DNA of 64,000 nucleotides. It comes from Lytechinus pictus (lineage: Eukaryota). Shown one piece after another: positions 11,901 through 22,985 of the stretch; position 1 is the first letter of the stretch; the number at the start of each line of letters is the position of its first letter. The stretch covers positions 20,648,001 through 20,712,000 of the forward strand of contig NC_087251.1 of the NCBI RefSeq assembly GCF_037042905.1, read 5' to 3'. A program made the translations under genes and the position numbers. The notes beneath the pieces were generated by a model. The model saw only the letters and a program-made list of their open reading frames with translations. It ran no database searches and had not been told where the DNA came from.

Positions 11901-14900
11901 TAGACGAAATTGGGATTAAACAAAGTGATGATTGAACCAAATTGGCAATTTACCATCGCGACTAATTGATAGCACTATTAATCACCGCTGATGATGGATA
12001 GCTTATTTCCAATATTTGAATACTCCTGTAAGTTTGAGTGGTGATTGATTGTCACTCAGGATCTATCACCATTCATGACCAAGTTTGTATTATACATGTA
12101 GTATGGTTATCAACTGATGATCGCTTCAGGTTGGATGTGCGATCAGTCACTATATATACAATGTAACATGGCAGAGCTTCGATAACACATAATGCCTCGC
12201 AGTGCACATTGTGAATATGTAACAATGGACAAGTGCATTGCGACGAATCATACGTCGCCATGCTGCTGATCACCTGTTTCAATCTGGAGATAGTTTGTAC
12301 TTTGTGAATAATTATGTTACTAATCACGACTGGTTTTTGATAGTGATTCCCATGCTGGCCATGTCAAATAGTGTCAGCTCAACAAAAATAATAGGAAAGA
12401 AAGATTAAAATTTTAATAAAGGATTCCAAAAATTTCCAATCAATTGTGTACTTTTGAAGAAATATATATGCTCATTATTTTTTTGTTCTTATCATTGTTT
12501 GAATATGTATTTGTGTCATCATGTTTCCTTATTTTATTCAGGAAATAGTGATTTTGTTTATTCAGATAGTTGATTTGGAACCAAGAACCAGTGGGACTAT
12601 TTTCTTAAAATAAAAAGCAAGTCAGGCATAAAAACTGTCAATGCAAAAGAGGTGTGGCAAGCTCCACTGGTAATCTATGTGCACTAAAGGGAGCCCTGGT
12701 TTCCCATGTTGCATGGAACGACCCATATTTTTTTTCAAATTAATTTTTTGTAAATATTTGTAAGAATACAGGACTCACAATTATCACTCTGATGTAAAAT
12801 TTTATTTTTGTTTTCTTTTTTTTTGCAGCAAAAACTGATGTTGAGATCTATGACCAAGATATGGCATGGTTAGAAGATTCTGATGGTAAGTCTGTTGAAA
12901 TGATCACTGCAAACACCACCCTTGCCTCAATGCAACAGTTTATTTTCATTTTGTCCAATGCCAATTCGTCCAATTGCCAACTCATCTGCTATCATTTGGT
13001 CTACAATCAGGTCGTCCAACATCCACATGGTCTAACTGCCATTTCTGCCACTCACCAGTTCTTCTAATAACCAGTTGGTCTCATAGCCATCGAGTCCATA
13101 TACCATTTGGTCTAATTAGAATAAGTGTTAATTGGGCAAAATGAATGAAAATAAAATGAATATTAGAATAACTGGTTATGAGACGAAATGGTTATAGAGG
13201 TACTGGTGATTCGACGAAGTGATGATTGGACCAAATGGTTATTGGACCAAATGGTTGTTTGACAAAATGTTGATGGAAGAAATGGCATGAAACTAAATGA
13301 AGGTAGACCATTTGGTGATTGGACGAGTTTGCAGTGGATGAATTGGCAATTTACCAATACATCAAGCTTATTTGAATAAAAGAATGAAAATCAACCAAGC
13401 ACTACACTGACCTCTTCATCATCAAATTATGATTTGAAACAAATCAAAGTTGTTTTTAAATAAGTCCGTAAGTCCACACTTCTTAAAAATAAGTCCTTAT
13501 AGCTATTGATGGAATCTTTATACATGTATAATAAGTCACAGTAAGGGTTCAAGGTTTAACTTTTTTGAATAAGTATGTCAAATTTCATATAAGGAAATCA
13601 ATTCAAATTCAATTATGAAATAGTGAGTGTCAAAGATTGAGTTACAGTCCGTAATTACAAAGGTTTGTTATTCCGAAACATGTAAATTGCGTATACCTCG
13701 ATGTTCGTTAATCTGAAAACGGAGAAGGGTTTGTGTAATCGGAACATTTTTTACGTTATTCAGTCCCTTCCTCTCCATTTCTCTCTCTGTTTCCCTACCT
13801 CTGCTGAGATTTTTTTTTAAATCAAAGTATCGAAATTAATCATAAATCTATTACTTTTCAAACTGACTCCCCTAATGCATTCCCTGAGAATTAAAAGTAA
13901 GTTTATTTGTTTTTTTGCAGCTGTTGTTGCTGAGGTAACCCAAGTATCAATGGGTGTTGGCTTTGAGCTAGGAAGAGCTGTTGCATGGAACAAGAGAGTG
14001 CTTTGCTTATTCAGACCAGGAGAAGACAGACGTGAGTATATCTACAAGGCAGACAAATATAATTGATTATTCTCTGTATCAGGGCTTTGTTTCCTTCTTT
14101 AGTTCATTCCATTCCATTAATTAAAGTTATATTGGAGATGTAATTAGAATTATACAATTCAATTGTTCAATTGAATGGTCATGGTCATATCTTTATGAAT
14201 ATAGGTGAGAAAACTCAATTTACATTGACTTTGTACACAAAATCACGTTTTGGAGCAATTTTGGGTCAGACATGTCTTACGTAATGTTGCATAATTTTCA
14301 AATCGCATACCCAAGCATCATAAATTTGGTCTCAAAGAATGCGCAAGACTTCAAAGTAAAAGTCAGCGAGCGGCCCGGTTGAAAAAATTGCATGGAGAGG
14401 AATCCGGGGGTGGGGGGGGGGGGGTGCAGTCAAATGTATTGCTGTACACATGCGTGACCAAATTTTATTTACACAATTTGGCCCCTAAACAAGTTGTCGC
14501 CAGAATGTGACCTCTAAGCTTGGGGAAAAACATACCCTAAACACGTTTGGCTAGTCTTAAAAAAAAGGCTTTGGAAAAAAAAAACCTAAATACGTTCGAC
14601 CCCGCGATTGACAAGTCTTTCAAAACCGCCCTTTTTCTTGAAAATCAGTGTTTTTTTATACCCTTAACGAGTGCACGCGCAGCCCGCGTCCAAAACTGAA
14701 ATGAACACCCCTTTAAACGTGTTTTTTTTTTTGGTCAGGCATGTGTACAGCAATTTATTTGACTGGCCCCCCTCGGGAGCGGAATGGTCGCGGAAAATGT
14801 CGAGGTTGAATGTTGAACTGTTTCAAAAGTACCTTGTGTGTGTAAAAGCTACTACCATGGTAGTTCACAGTGTAATACAAATGTTTTCTTGGTTTGGCAT

Positions 14901-15056
14901 GCTTGTCTAAAAAATTTTATTATCTCTGTCTCGACATCTTCCCCCTTAGGTTTGTCAGCAATGGTGCGTGGTGCTGATGATGGAAAGAACTTTTTAGTGA
15001 AAGATTACAAGGAAGAAGATGTACCAGGATTACTCAAAGAATTCTTTGGTTATTGA
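8758..15056 (+). CDS. DNPH1: 2'-deoxynucleoside 5'-phosphate N-hydrolase 1 (DNPH1/Rcl), paralog A; 4 coding exons, 140 aa
   Basis: Exons 8758-8905, 12829-12885, 13921-14031 and 14950-15056 (GT-AG, all phase 1, 423 nt) splice to MGDRQLKIYFCGSIRGGRQDAELYARIIKQLEAYGKVLTEHVGHKDCTTSKTDVEIYDQDMAWLEDSDAVVAEVTQVSMGVGFELGRAVAWNKRVLCLFRPGEDRRLSAMVRGADDGKNFLVKDYKEEDVPGLLKEFFGY*. The motifs YFCGSIRGG, LTEHV, QD, VVAEVTQ.S.GVG.ELG and LSAM.RGA match DNPH1. Confidence 0.95.
9016..9255. mobile_element. Harbinger-like MITE with a nested 88-bp MITE (9106-9193, CAG TSD)
   Basis: aatCAG|ggtccc...gggccc|CAGgttgc; the paralogous copy at 7411-7424 reads gaaaatcaggttgc with no insert. Confidence 0.7.
10852..11018. 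mobile_element. Short palindromic Harbinger-like MITE
   Basis: gggccgtttcatgaaagttgtcagc ... gctgacaactttcatgaaatgccc. Confidence 0.75.
11651..11954. mobile_element. GG-ended fold-back MITE with 8-bp TSD (copy 1; Merlin-like by termini and TSD)
   Basis: Ends ggttaatttccaa.../...ttggcaatttacc; perfect TSD ATCGCGAC on both sides. Confidence 0.8.
12829..12885 (+). CDS. DNPH1: DNPH1 paralog A coding exon 2
   Basis: Poly-T tract plus cag acceptor, gtaagt donor; (S)KTDVEIYDQDMAWLEDSD. Confidence 0.93.
12937..13355. mobile_element. GG-ended fold-back MITE (copy 2)
   Basis: Same family; flanks aatgcaac/aatacatc. Confidence 0.75.
13921..14031 (+). CDS. DNPH1: DNPH1 paralog A coding exon 3
   Basis: tttgcag acceptor, gtgagt donor; (A)VVAEVTQVSMGVGFELGRAVAWNKRVLCLFRPGEDR. 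Confidence 0.95.
14404..14777. mobile_element. MITE with about 50-bp TIR and 8-bp TSD
   Basis: cagtcaaatgtattgctgtacacatgcgtgacca / tggtcaggcatgtgtacagcaatttatttgactg; flanks agaggaat/agcggaat. Confidence 0.75.
14950..15056 (+). CDS. DNPH1: DNPH1 paralog A coding exon 4
   Basis: cccttag acceptor; (R)LSAMVRGADDGKNFLVKDYKEEDVPGLLKEFFGY*. Confidence 0.95.
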
Positions 15057-15958
15057 TCAATAGCTGGACTGAAGTCAGTGGAATGTCACAACAAGAATAG
15101 GAATGCATGGGACCACATTCATTTACTGGTATTATACAAGTCGGGTGAAAATCAACCAATTTTCAATCCAGGTTTTACATAATCATGAGATCGATATGGA
15201 GTCCATACTTGGTTGGGTTATTCACATTAGAGGCAAGGAATTTAATGAAATTGTCAGGAATTGGGAATGTTGCAAAAATTTGATGTTTACAATTGTCAAT
15301 ATAAATTGAAGCCTCCGTTTTTATCATTTCAAATCAATACTTTCTGTTGCATGAAGTACAAATACCTATTTAGATTCAATATTTTGTGATTGATTCGGGA
15401 TGTGAAATCAACATGTAGTTGAATTCAAGTTTCTTGCAATACCCCTCTTAGACATGATGTGTTATGAATATCATAGATTGCATGCTGATCTTGTGACATT
15501 GGCATCATGGGACACAGGATGGAAATCTCCCTGCAGCCTTTGTATGACATGTATTTCATGTATATTGTTTATCCGAACTTTCTCAAAACAAACACAGTCA
15601 CATTTTCTAGCATGAGTAAGAAAAGTTTGTGATATAAACATACTCAGGGATTCTTCAACTTTGTCATGTAACAAGATTAGGGTTTGTGTGTTACACAGGC
15701 TCCGGGCTCCAGGTCATCCCATGAGGAAAGGGTGTAATTATTCACTTTCATTGTTATCTGCTTAAAAATTACCGTATGAGGAATCCATGGAAGGGGGGAC
15801 CCCGGGGGAAACAATGGATGTTTTCCGTAAATTTGGCAGGTGACGTCAAAGGGAATGGAAGGTACATTGGGGGAATTTTGAAGGTTCATATTCTTTTGGT
15901 CTGCAAGTAGTTGGTCTACTTCTCAGTCAAATATCACATGGACTAAAGACATTTAATT

Positions 15959-16312
15959 GGTTAATTGCCAATTCTTCTACTGCCAAATTGTCCACTCACC
16001 ACATGGTCTACTTTCATTTAGTCTAATGCCATTCTGTCCATCAACATTTCATCTAACAAGCATTTGGTCCAATCATCGCCAATTTTGACCATGACGTGTT
16101 ATAACTAGTTTGGCTAATATCCATTTCATTTTCATTCACTTTGCTCAATTAACACTTAGTCCAATTAGACCAAATGGTATACGGACTAAATGGCTATTGA
16201 GCCAAATGGTCATTAGACGAATTGGCAATTAGACCATGTGGATTATGGATGAACTGATAGTAGACCAAATGATAATAGAGGAGTTGGCAATTGGACGAAT
16301 TGGAAATAAACC
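15959..16312. mobile_element. GG-ended fold-back MITE (copy 3)
   Basis: Same family; flanks atttaatt/atttaatc. Confidence 0.8.
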
Positions 16313-17371
16313 ATTTAATCTCATTGCCATTTGATCTACACTACACTCATATCCACTTGGTCTTATCCTCATTTACTCTAATACCCGACCAGTTGGTCTC
16401 ATTTCCACTTCGTCTACCATTGAAAATTTTGTTCCCAAAACAGTTTAACCATATAAACTGAGTGGTGTTAGATCAAGTTGATATTCAATGAAATGGGTTT
16501 AGCCTAAAGGTAAATTTGGGCTTAATTGGAAATTAGTAGATGAACTGGTTGTTGAAGATCTAGGATTCCACCTTATGGGATGAACCCAAACATACAACAG
16601 ACAAAGCAGGTGTACAAGGTATAAACATTCCAAATTAATTTGTATATATTGTATTCGGGGAAAAAAATCTTTGAATTGAAATTACATTGTTGGTGATGTG
16701 CCATATTCAGGCCTGGGGCACGTTTCATAAAAGGTACTGTTACGGTGTTAACTTCACCATCCAGTGGTAACTGCCATAAAATTATAATTTTACTGTGGTG
16801 GTTACCACTGGATGGCAAAGTTATCATAATAGTAACCTCTATGCAACGGACCATGGTCGTATTGTATGTGATATGTTTCAACAGTTTGAAAAAACAAATC
16901 TGTTCAATTATAGGGGTTGGTGTTTTTCAAAAAAAAGACTAGAAAGTGCCGCCCCAATAAATCCTGGATATGCTACCGGCTGTGGGTCCCTTTTTGCTAA
17001 ATATTTAGACAAATGCAGCTCCTTGAATTCATATGTTAGTAGTTGGGAGTGTGGACTCCTTCTTTGGAAAACCCAGGTCCAGTTAAAGCGGACTACCATT
17101 TAACAAATCTTTCTACATTGTTGTGGAAGTGTGTGATTTTTTTAATGAAAATAAAAATTTGCATCAAACTAATGATTCGCTTTGTTTTGGAGCCGAATAT
17201 AGAAGTCGAAATGTAGAGTAGTTCAGATGGGGTGATGTCCAAAAGTTGTTAAAGTGAGTTAGAGAGAGGAATCATGATGAATATCATGTGGTCACTGTGC
17301 TTGGATTAATACTCGAGCTCGAATGAATCTGTGTCTGAATTGTGTGCAATGAAAATGCAATGTTAGTCCAG

Positions 17372-17526
17372 GGCCCCATTTCATAAAAAGATGATATGAT
17401 AGCAACTCTTGCTGGAATGCCAACTACCATGACAACAGTGAAAATTCTGCTTACTGGTTGGCTCTTCCAATGATTTGACATTCCAGCAAGAGCTGCTATC
17501 ATAGCAACTTATTATGCATTGGGGCC
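17372..17526. mobile_element. Palindromic Harbinger-like MITE, CAG TSD
   Basis: CAG|ggccccattt...tatgatagcaactcttgctggaatg / cattccagcaagagctgctatcata...tggggcc|CAG. Confidence 0.75.
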
Positions 17527-17905
17527 CAGATTGGACATTGATCTGGAAGTTATCTTTCCCAAAGCTAACATAGAGGGCCTGACTCCATATCCCTAACACC
17601 GTGCAAATCCCCTCATGAAAGCTGTCATACATCATTAGAGCTTTGATGTTAAAGAAGAAGAGAAAAAGAAGTAGTCTCGGTGAGAAAAGGGAGAGCATAT
17701 AAAGAATAACGATAATAGAATAGTGGAAGCAGGAATAAGGAGGGTGAGGGCTATACGAAGAGGAAGGATAATGATGAAGGGAATGTGAAAAAGAAGTTAA
17801 AAATAAAGTGAGAGGGAGAAAATACATTTATCTCTTCCATGCGTCAACTCCTGGCACCCCTACCTTATTTTGATGTGGTCAGCGTGTCCCTGCTATGACT
17901 ATATA

Positions 17906-18064
17906 CCTCAGTCACATTTCACCAACGGCGGCCGTACAGGGAGTTTGAAAACAGCCGTTTTAACATTTTTTTTGTACCATCTACAAATAGGTGTTTGAAT
18001 ACAAGTGAATAAAACAGTTTTTTCGATTCGCCGTACGGGCGCCTAGGGAAAATGTGACTGCAGC
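17906..18064. mobile_element. Short palindromic MITE
   Basis: cagtcacattt...gccgtac / gtacgggc...aaatgtgactg inverted repeats. Confidence 0.6.
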
Positions 18065-18200
18065 ATTACAGTTCTGATAATTTATGTCCTTTCTTATTAT
18101 ATGTTGTTAAACTATAGTCAAACATCCAATATTATTCGGGGCTGGTAGGCTTATGATGTCATCTGTGTTTCATTTGAAAAGATGAAAGTACGAGGTAATG

Positions 18201-18535
18201 GAAGTGTCGTGGTGTAGCGGTTCTGACTCTCGCCTTGCAATCAGAGGGTCGTGTGTTCGAATCCCACCGCGGCCTATTTGGAAAGGCGTCAATCCACAAT
18301 TTGCCACTCTCCACCCAGATGTTAAATGGGTACCCGGTAGGATGCGAAAGCCTATGTAGTATGCCTAACAATTGAGTCTTGGAACTCTTGTTGGAATGCT
18401 CCCCAGGGAGTGGAGAAAATGCATACATTGTGTGCGGGCATGCCAGGATCCAATGACCGGGGTAATAATGATTGCGATGTAAAGCGCTTATAAACGAAGT
18501 GTAATTAGCGCTATATAAATGTAACTATTATCATT
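18201..18535 (+). mobile_element. tRNA-derived SINE
   Basis: Pol III A box TGGTGTAGCGG (18210) and B box GTTCGAATCCC (18255), central ctctccacccagatgttaaatgggtacc core, LINE-like tail gtaaagcgctt...agcgctatataaat plus (tat)n. Confidence 0.88.
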
Positions 18536-18998
18536 GTTAATGTCTTTAGGACCTCGCCCAGGATGGAGGAAAGAACCCTGACTTCTCTCATAGCTCCATG
18601 CTTCTCTGCACCCGCAAATTCGGGCCAGACTGATAGAAGTCGCTGAAACTAATATGGCACGTCTTCTTTTTCTCACAATGTAATTATATAATTTATCTTG
18701 CACCCATCCCCTCTTGGGTACTGGTTGGGTGTTTAATTGTTATTATTGAATGATTTTTTTTAATTATTCACCTCACTTCACTCACTCACTCATAAAATTG
18801 CGCCAAAAAGTTCACCCCTTTAATATATGTTTTTAAATATTTTTTACATCGTTACTCAACTACCAAGTCCGATATCCTCTACTCTTCACAGACGAAATAG
18901 GCTACATGACGGAATTAAGATCATTTTGAATGTTCAGCTCGCTCGCTATGTTCGTTCCAAATTTGGGGTAAAAGGGAAATATTTGTCTCATTAGTCTA

Positions 18999-19756
18999 CC
19001 GTGTGAGTAAAAAAAAAACTTGACTCATCACAAATCCCCAATTTAAGGGGAAAAAGGCATGGACGCATAATCATTATATATTAGTGGAAAATAATTTGAT
19101 ACCATATTCATGTGGTATATATTCACGCTTGGATAATCTTGGTATTCTTTGCAATGATGTAAATTTTGACTTTCGCCAAAGTAAGGCATGACTGCAATGT
19201 ATGAATCCAGTTGCCAATAATGTCCAAATCTTTAATGAGTTAGTAAACATAGTTGCAGTAGATGGCTGGTTCGAATCCCACTGGTTCCATTTTTTTTCTG
19301 ACATGATTTTCATTACAGATCGAGCATGCGATCTTAAACACATATAGGAGTAATGCCGAAAATGTGTTGACAAATTATAATTTCCTCCTATTAAAGCCTC
19401 TTTATTTACTAAACATAGTTGTTAATCCATTTTCAATGAGATTAATACTAAAATGTGTTTATTAAACAATTATAATGCAAATTACTGAAAAGGTGTTTGA
19501 AATAGATATTAATGTAACCCTTGTAGGATTATGACACCATTGGCATCTGGATTCACTATTGCAGTCACGCTTTTGGCGCAAATCAAAATATACATCACTG
19601 CAAAGAATACCTCCTGGTCATCCAAGCGTTAACACATACCACATAAATATATCAAATTATTTGAGAACACATTCTTTCAGACCATATATAATAATTATGT
19701 GTTCATGGCATACATTTTCCTTACATTGTGAATTTCTGAGGTTTTACTCTACCGGT
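18999..19756. mobile_element. Degenerate fold-back DNA element (Tc1/mariner-like)
   Basis: 19095-19225 is an imperfect inverted copy of 19535-19665; ends ccgtgtgagtaaaa / ttttactctaccgg. Confidence 0.6.
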
Positions 19757-20499
19757 GGTGGTCGTTCACCTAAAGAGTGCACGCTTCGCGCGCTCAAGTC
19801 TTTACTTTTGTCGAGTCCAGCTGTTAAATCAAACATAATTTGTCTTTTTATTTGAAAGGGTATATTCTTAAACTAAAATACGTCCAGGATGCTACATTGT
19901 TTTATTATTTTCTACGGAAAACATTCCATTCTATCAGTTTAGTAAATCAGACCTATTTAATCAACTATTTTTTTTATCTTGGAGGATCCATTGATCGGTA
20001 AAATTCAACGAGGTAGGTCTATTCGCCAAACCTGCAACAACAGCTTGTGGAATCCAGTCTCCATCAATGAATTACTTATTGCTATGTCTGACATTCTCAT
20101 TGTAGTTAGCGAGGAGGTCATGAAGAAAACCTTTGTTAAAAGGGATGTTATGCGTAAACTGTCTGTTGATCTGTTAGCAAACTGCTTCGTTGCATGACAT
20201 CGGGCAAACAAATTGACAGTTCATTTCATTCTGCAAGTAGTTCAATCATTATACTTTTAGATTGAACAACGGTCTAAAGTCTTTTAGGGCAGTTAAGATG
20301 AAGGGAAAATATTTCCTTGATGTAATGGACATTTTCCCACTGTTTATTTGCAATCACAAAAGTAAGTGTTTCCCCACCGTTCGGCTAACTCAGATCGCTT
20401 CAACAGAGCATTCCCGGAACGTTCCCCCACATTCTATCGATCAGTCCATCGGCCCGCTTATTTTTAGGAAGGTCTATCTATTGTTATCTCTTGACATTT

Positions 20500-20680
20500 G
20501 CTATTGAAGCAAAACAAACAATATCATATCCAAGACAAGACATCACAGATCAAAGAACTTTGAGAGGTCACTCATACAAAGAGAAAAAAAACCTATACGG
20601 TCAAATCACCGAGAGGTCGAAACTCCTGAGATCGGACACACACCCGCAAATTACATAAAGGTTCTCCAACATTGGTGAGT
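20500..20680 (+). other. Putative 5' non-coding exon of DNPH1 paralog B
   Basis: Consensus donor G|gtgagt at 20675 after a CpG-containing stretch; the start is not determinable. Confidence 0.35.
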
Positions 20681-22828
20681 TACATTTGCTGTATTTCAGT
20701 GTTGTTTTGTGTTATAAAAACTGTAGACTTGCTGAAATGCATATTGATATTTTTACCTAATCAAGCATGTGTATTTTACATGGAATGTTTGGCTAATTAT
20801 GAAAACCGTGACAACGGATCGAGGTCGTTATCGTCATAGTTGAACCCCGGAGTTACAATGGATCAGAGCAGACATGCCCCCTTACTTATCCTACAGTGAG
20901 GTATATAGATGAAAATTGAAGTACCTTTGAACTCGTGATTACTACCTCATTAGTATTATATTTTCCTCCCGGATTTTCCTCCAATAATACTGATAAACAA
21001 TAAAGTGTGAAGTGACCTATAAATGACCACTAAATTATTTGAGGCAGAGTTTTGATGATTTAATTCATAGCACTAACACGGAAGGAGCATTATTATATAA
21101 TCTCAACTTAAAACAAAAATTTGCTGCAATAATAAAAAATGAAATTGATGAATAAGAAATTGAATCATAAAGGGGAAACGAAGAAAACAAACTGTGACTC
21201 AATTATGATGAAGAAAGGGGAATGAATGAATGAAAGAGAGAGAGAGAGGAAGATGAAAATAGAAATGAAATTAAAAAGTGGCTGAATAAGTTAAAAAAAA
21301 AAGTCAATGGAAGTTGAGAGAAGAATAATCAATGGGAATTTAAAAAAAATTAAATTGCATGTTTACAGATATGTTTATATTGGATCATTATGAAATGAAT
21401 AATATGTTTTTTTATGAAATTGGCACGAAATTGGCACGAAATATTCTTAATTTTTGGTTTAAAAACTTTTTTTTGGCTTGTCAAATTTTTCATCTGAAAA
21501 ATGTGCGCCCCCCTTGGAAAATCCTGGATCTGCCCCTGATTTGTGTTTAGATGTCTTTTAAATGATTCTACAGATGTGAATAGGGGAGGCTTGGGTTAGG
21601 GTGTATCACATTCATTCTGTCATCTTGCTTTATTTTTATATTGTTCACATTTCAAAAGCAAGTAAAAAAATGGGAAGGAAAACCGTTTGGGGGGGGGGTG
21701 AAGCGCCGACAAATTTTTGACTGCTGACCCTTTTTGTCAATTATTTCGGAGACGAAGTGCCTAAGCGTGTTGACTGATCATTTTTATTTGTTGTTGTTGT
21801 TGTTTGTTTTTTGCTTTTCAAATTTTTTCAGCCAAGGTCGAACCCTTAAACTGAAAACCCTGGCTACGAATCTGCTCTAATTAGGTCCCCATGTTCTGTT
21901 CCGATGAATCCGGCTTCTTTTCTTTGGTGAAACCTTTCTTTCCTTTTCCTCATTCATTTCCATTCCTATTTATTTGCTTGCATTTTAAATATTCTTTCAT
22001 AATATACAATGTATATTATGCAGTGTACCCCCATTCAGCGACTGTTCTAGAAAGCATGCAGGGTTGAGAAAAAAAACTGAATGAACATCATTATATCTTC
22101 TCACGTTTCTAAATCGGAAGAAGATTTCTTTTATTTGCTTTCCGAAGTGGCATTGTGAAGCTGATCACTCCTTACATTCAAAGAAAAGACAGAAATAAAG
22201 GGAAATAAATATCTATTCCCAGTTTTTCGCGTCCAAAAATATGCTTCTTTACACAAAGGTATCAAGGTAGAAGAAACCTTCTGATATTATTTCATTGAGG
22301 GGGTGGGGTGGGATGGGGAAGTGAAATGCTTTTATTTCTTCATGCTAGGGCCTACACATAATCCAAGCATTAATTTGATAACATTCATTTCAATCGAAGA
22401 TAAGAAGACAACATTTAGCATATGATTTAAAGTATGGAAATCCTGAGCCACTACTGTACCACTCACTCCTTTATCACTTTCAGCTCACGTCCCTGCTCTC
22501 AGCAGTTAGGGCCTCAAGAGTTTTTCTGCGAGTGCCCTGAAAGGATGCTTTAGTCTGCATGGGGTATGCATATTTACTTCGCAAATTAATTGTCAATATT
22601 TGCTGAATCACTTTTTTTCTTGGAGTAGGCATTATTCGATTTGATAATATCGTAACATTAAATGGTTCTTGAAAATGCGGGGAGGTTTTTAATATATTAC
22701 TCTTATTTCACTGGGGATGATAGTGTATACCCAACGCCACCTACCACATTTTGTCACCTGCTGCTATGCCTTGAAGAAGACAGACCGAGGAACATATCAA
22801 AGACAGTCTTGGGATCTGACAGGATAAG

Positions 22829-22985
22829 ATGGATACCAAAGATTTGAAGATCTATTTTTGTGGCAGCATCCAGGGTGGACGTCAAGATGCGGAACTCTAC
22901 TCCAGGATTATCCATAAACTCAAGCAATATGGAAAGGTTTTGACAGAAGTCATAGGAAACAAGGATGTCCTGAGGATTGAAGCTG
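22829..22985 (+). CDS. DNPH1: DNPH1 paralog B coding exon 1
   Basis: ATG at 22829, donor gtaggt at 22986; MDTKDLKIYFCGSIQGG...TEVIGNKDVLRIEA. Confidence 0.92.

Noticed and set aside
18201..18275. tRNA-like sequence with A and B boxes
   Set aside because: Acceptor stem is poor and it continues into a SINE body and tail; it is a SINE head, not a tRNA gene
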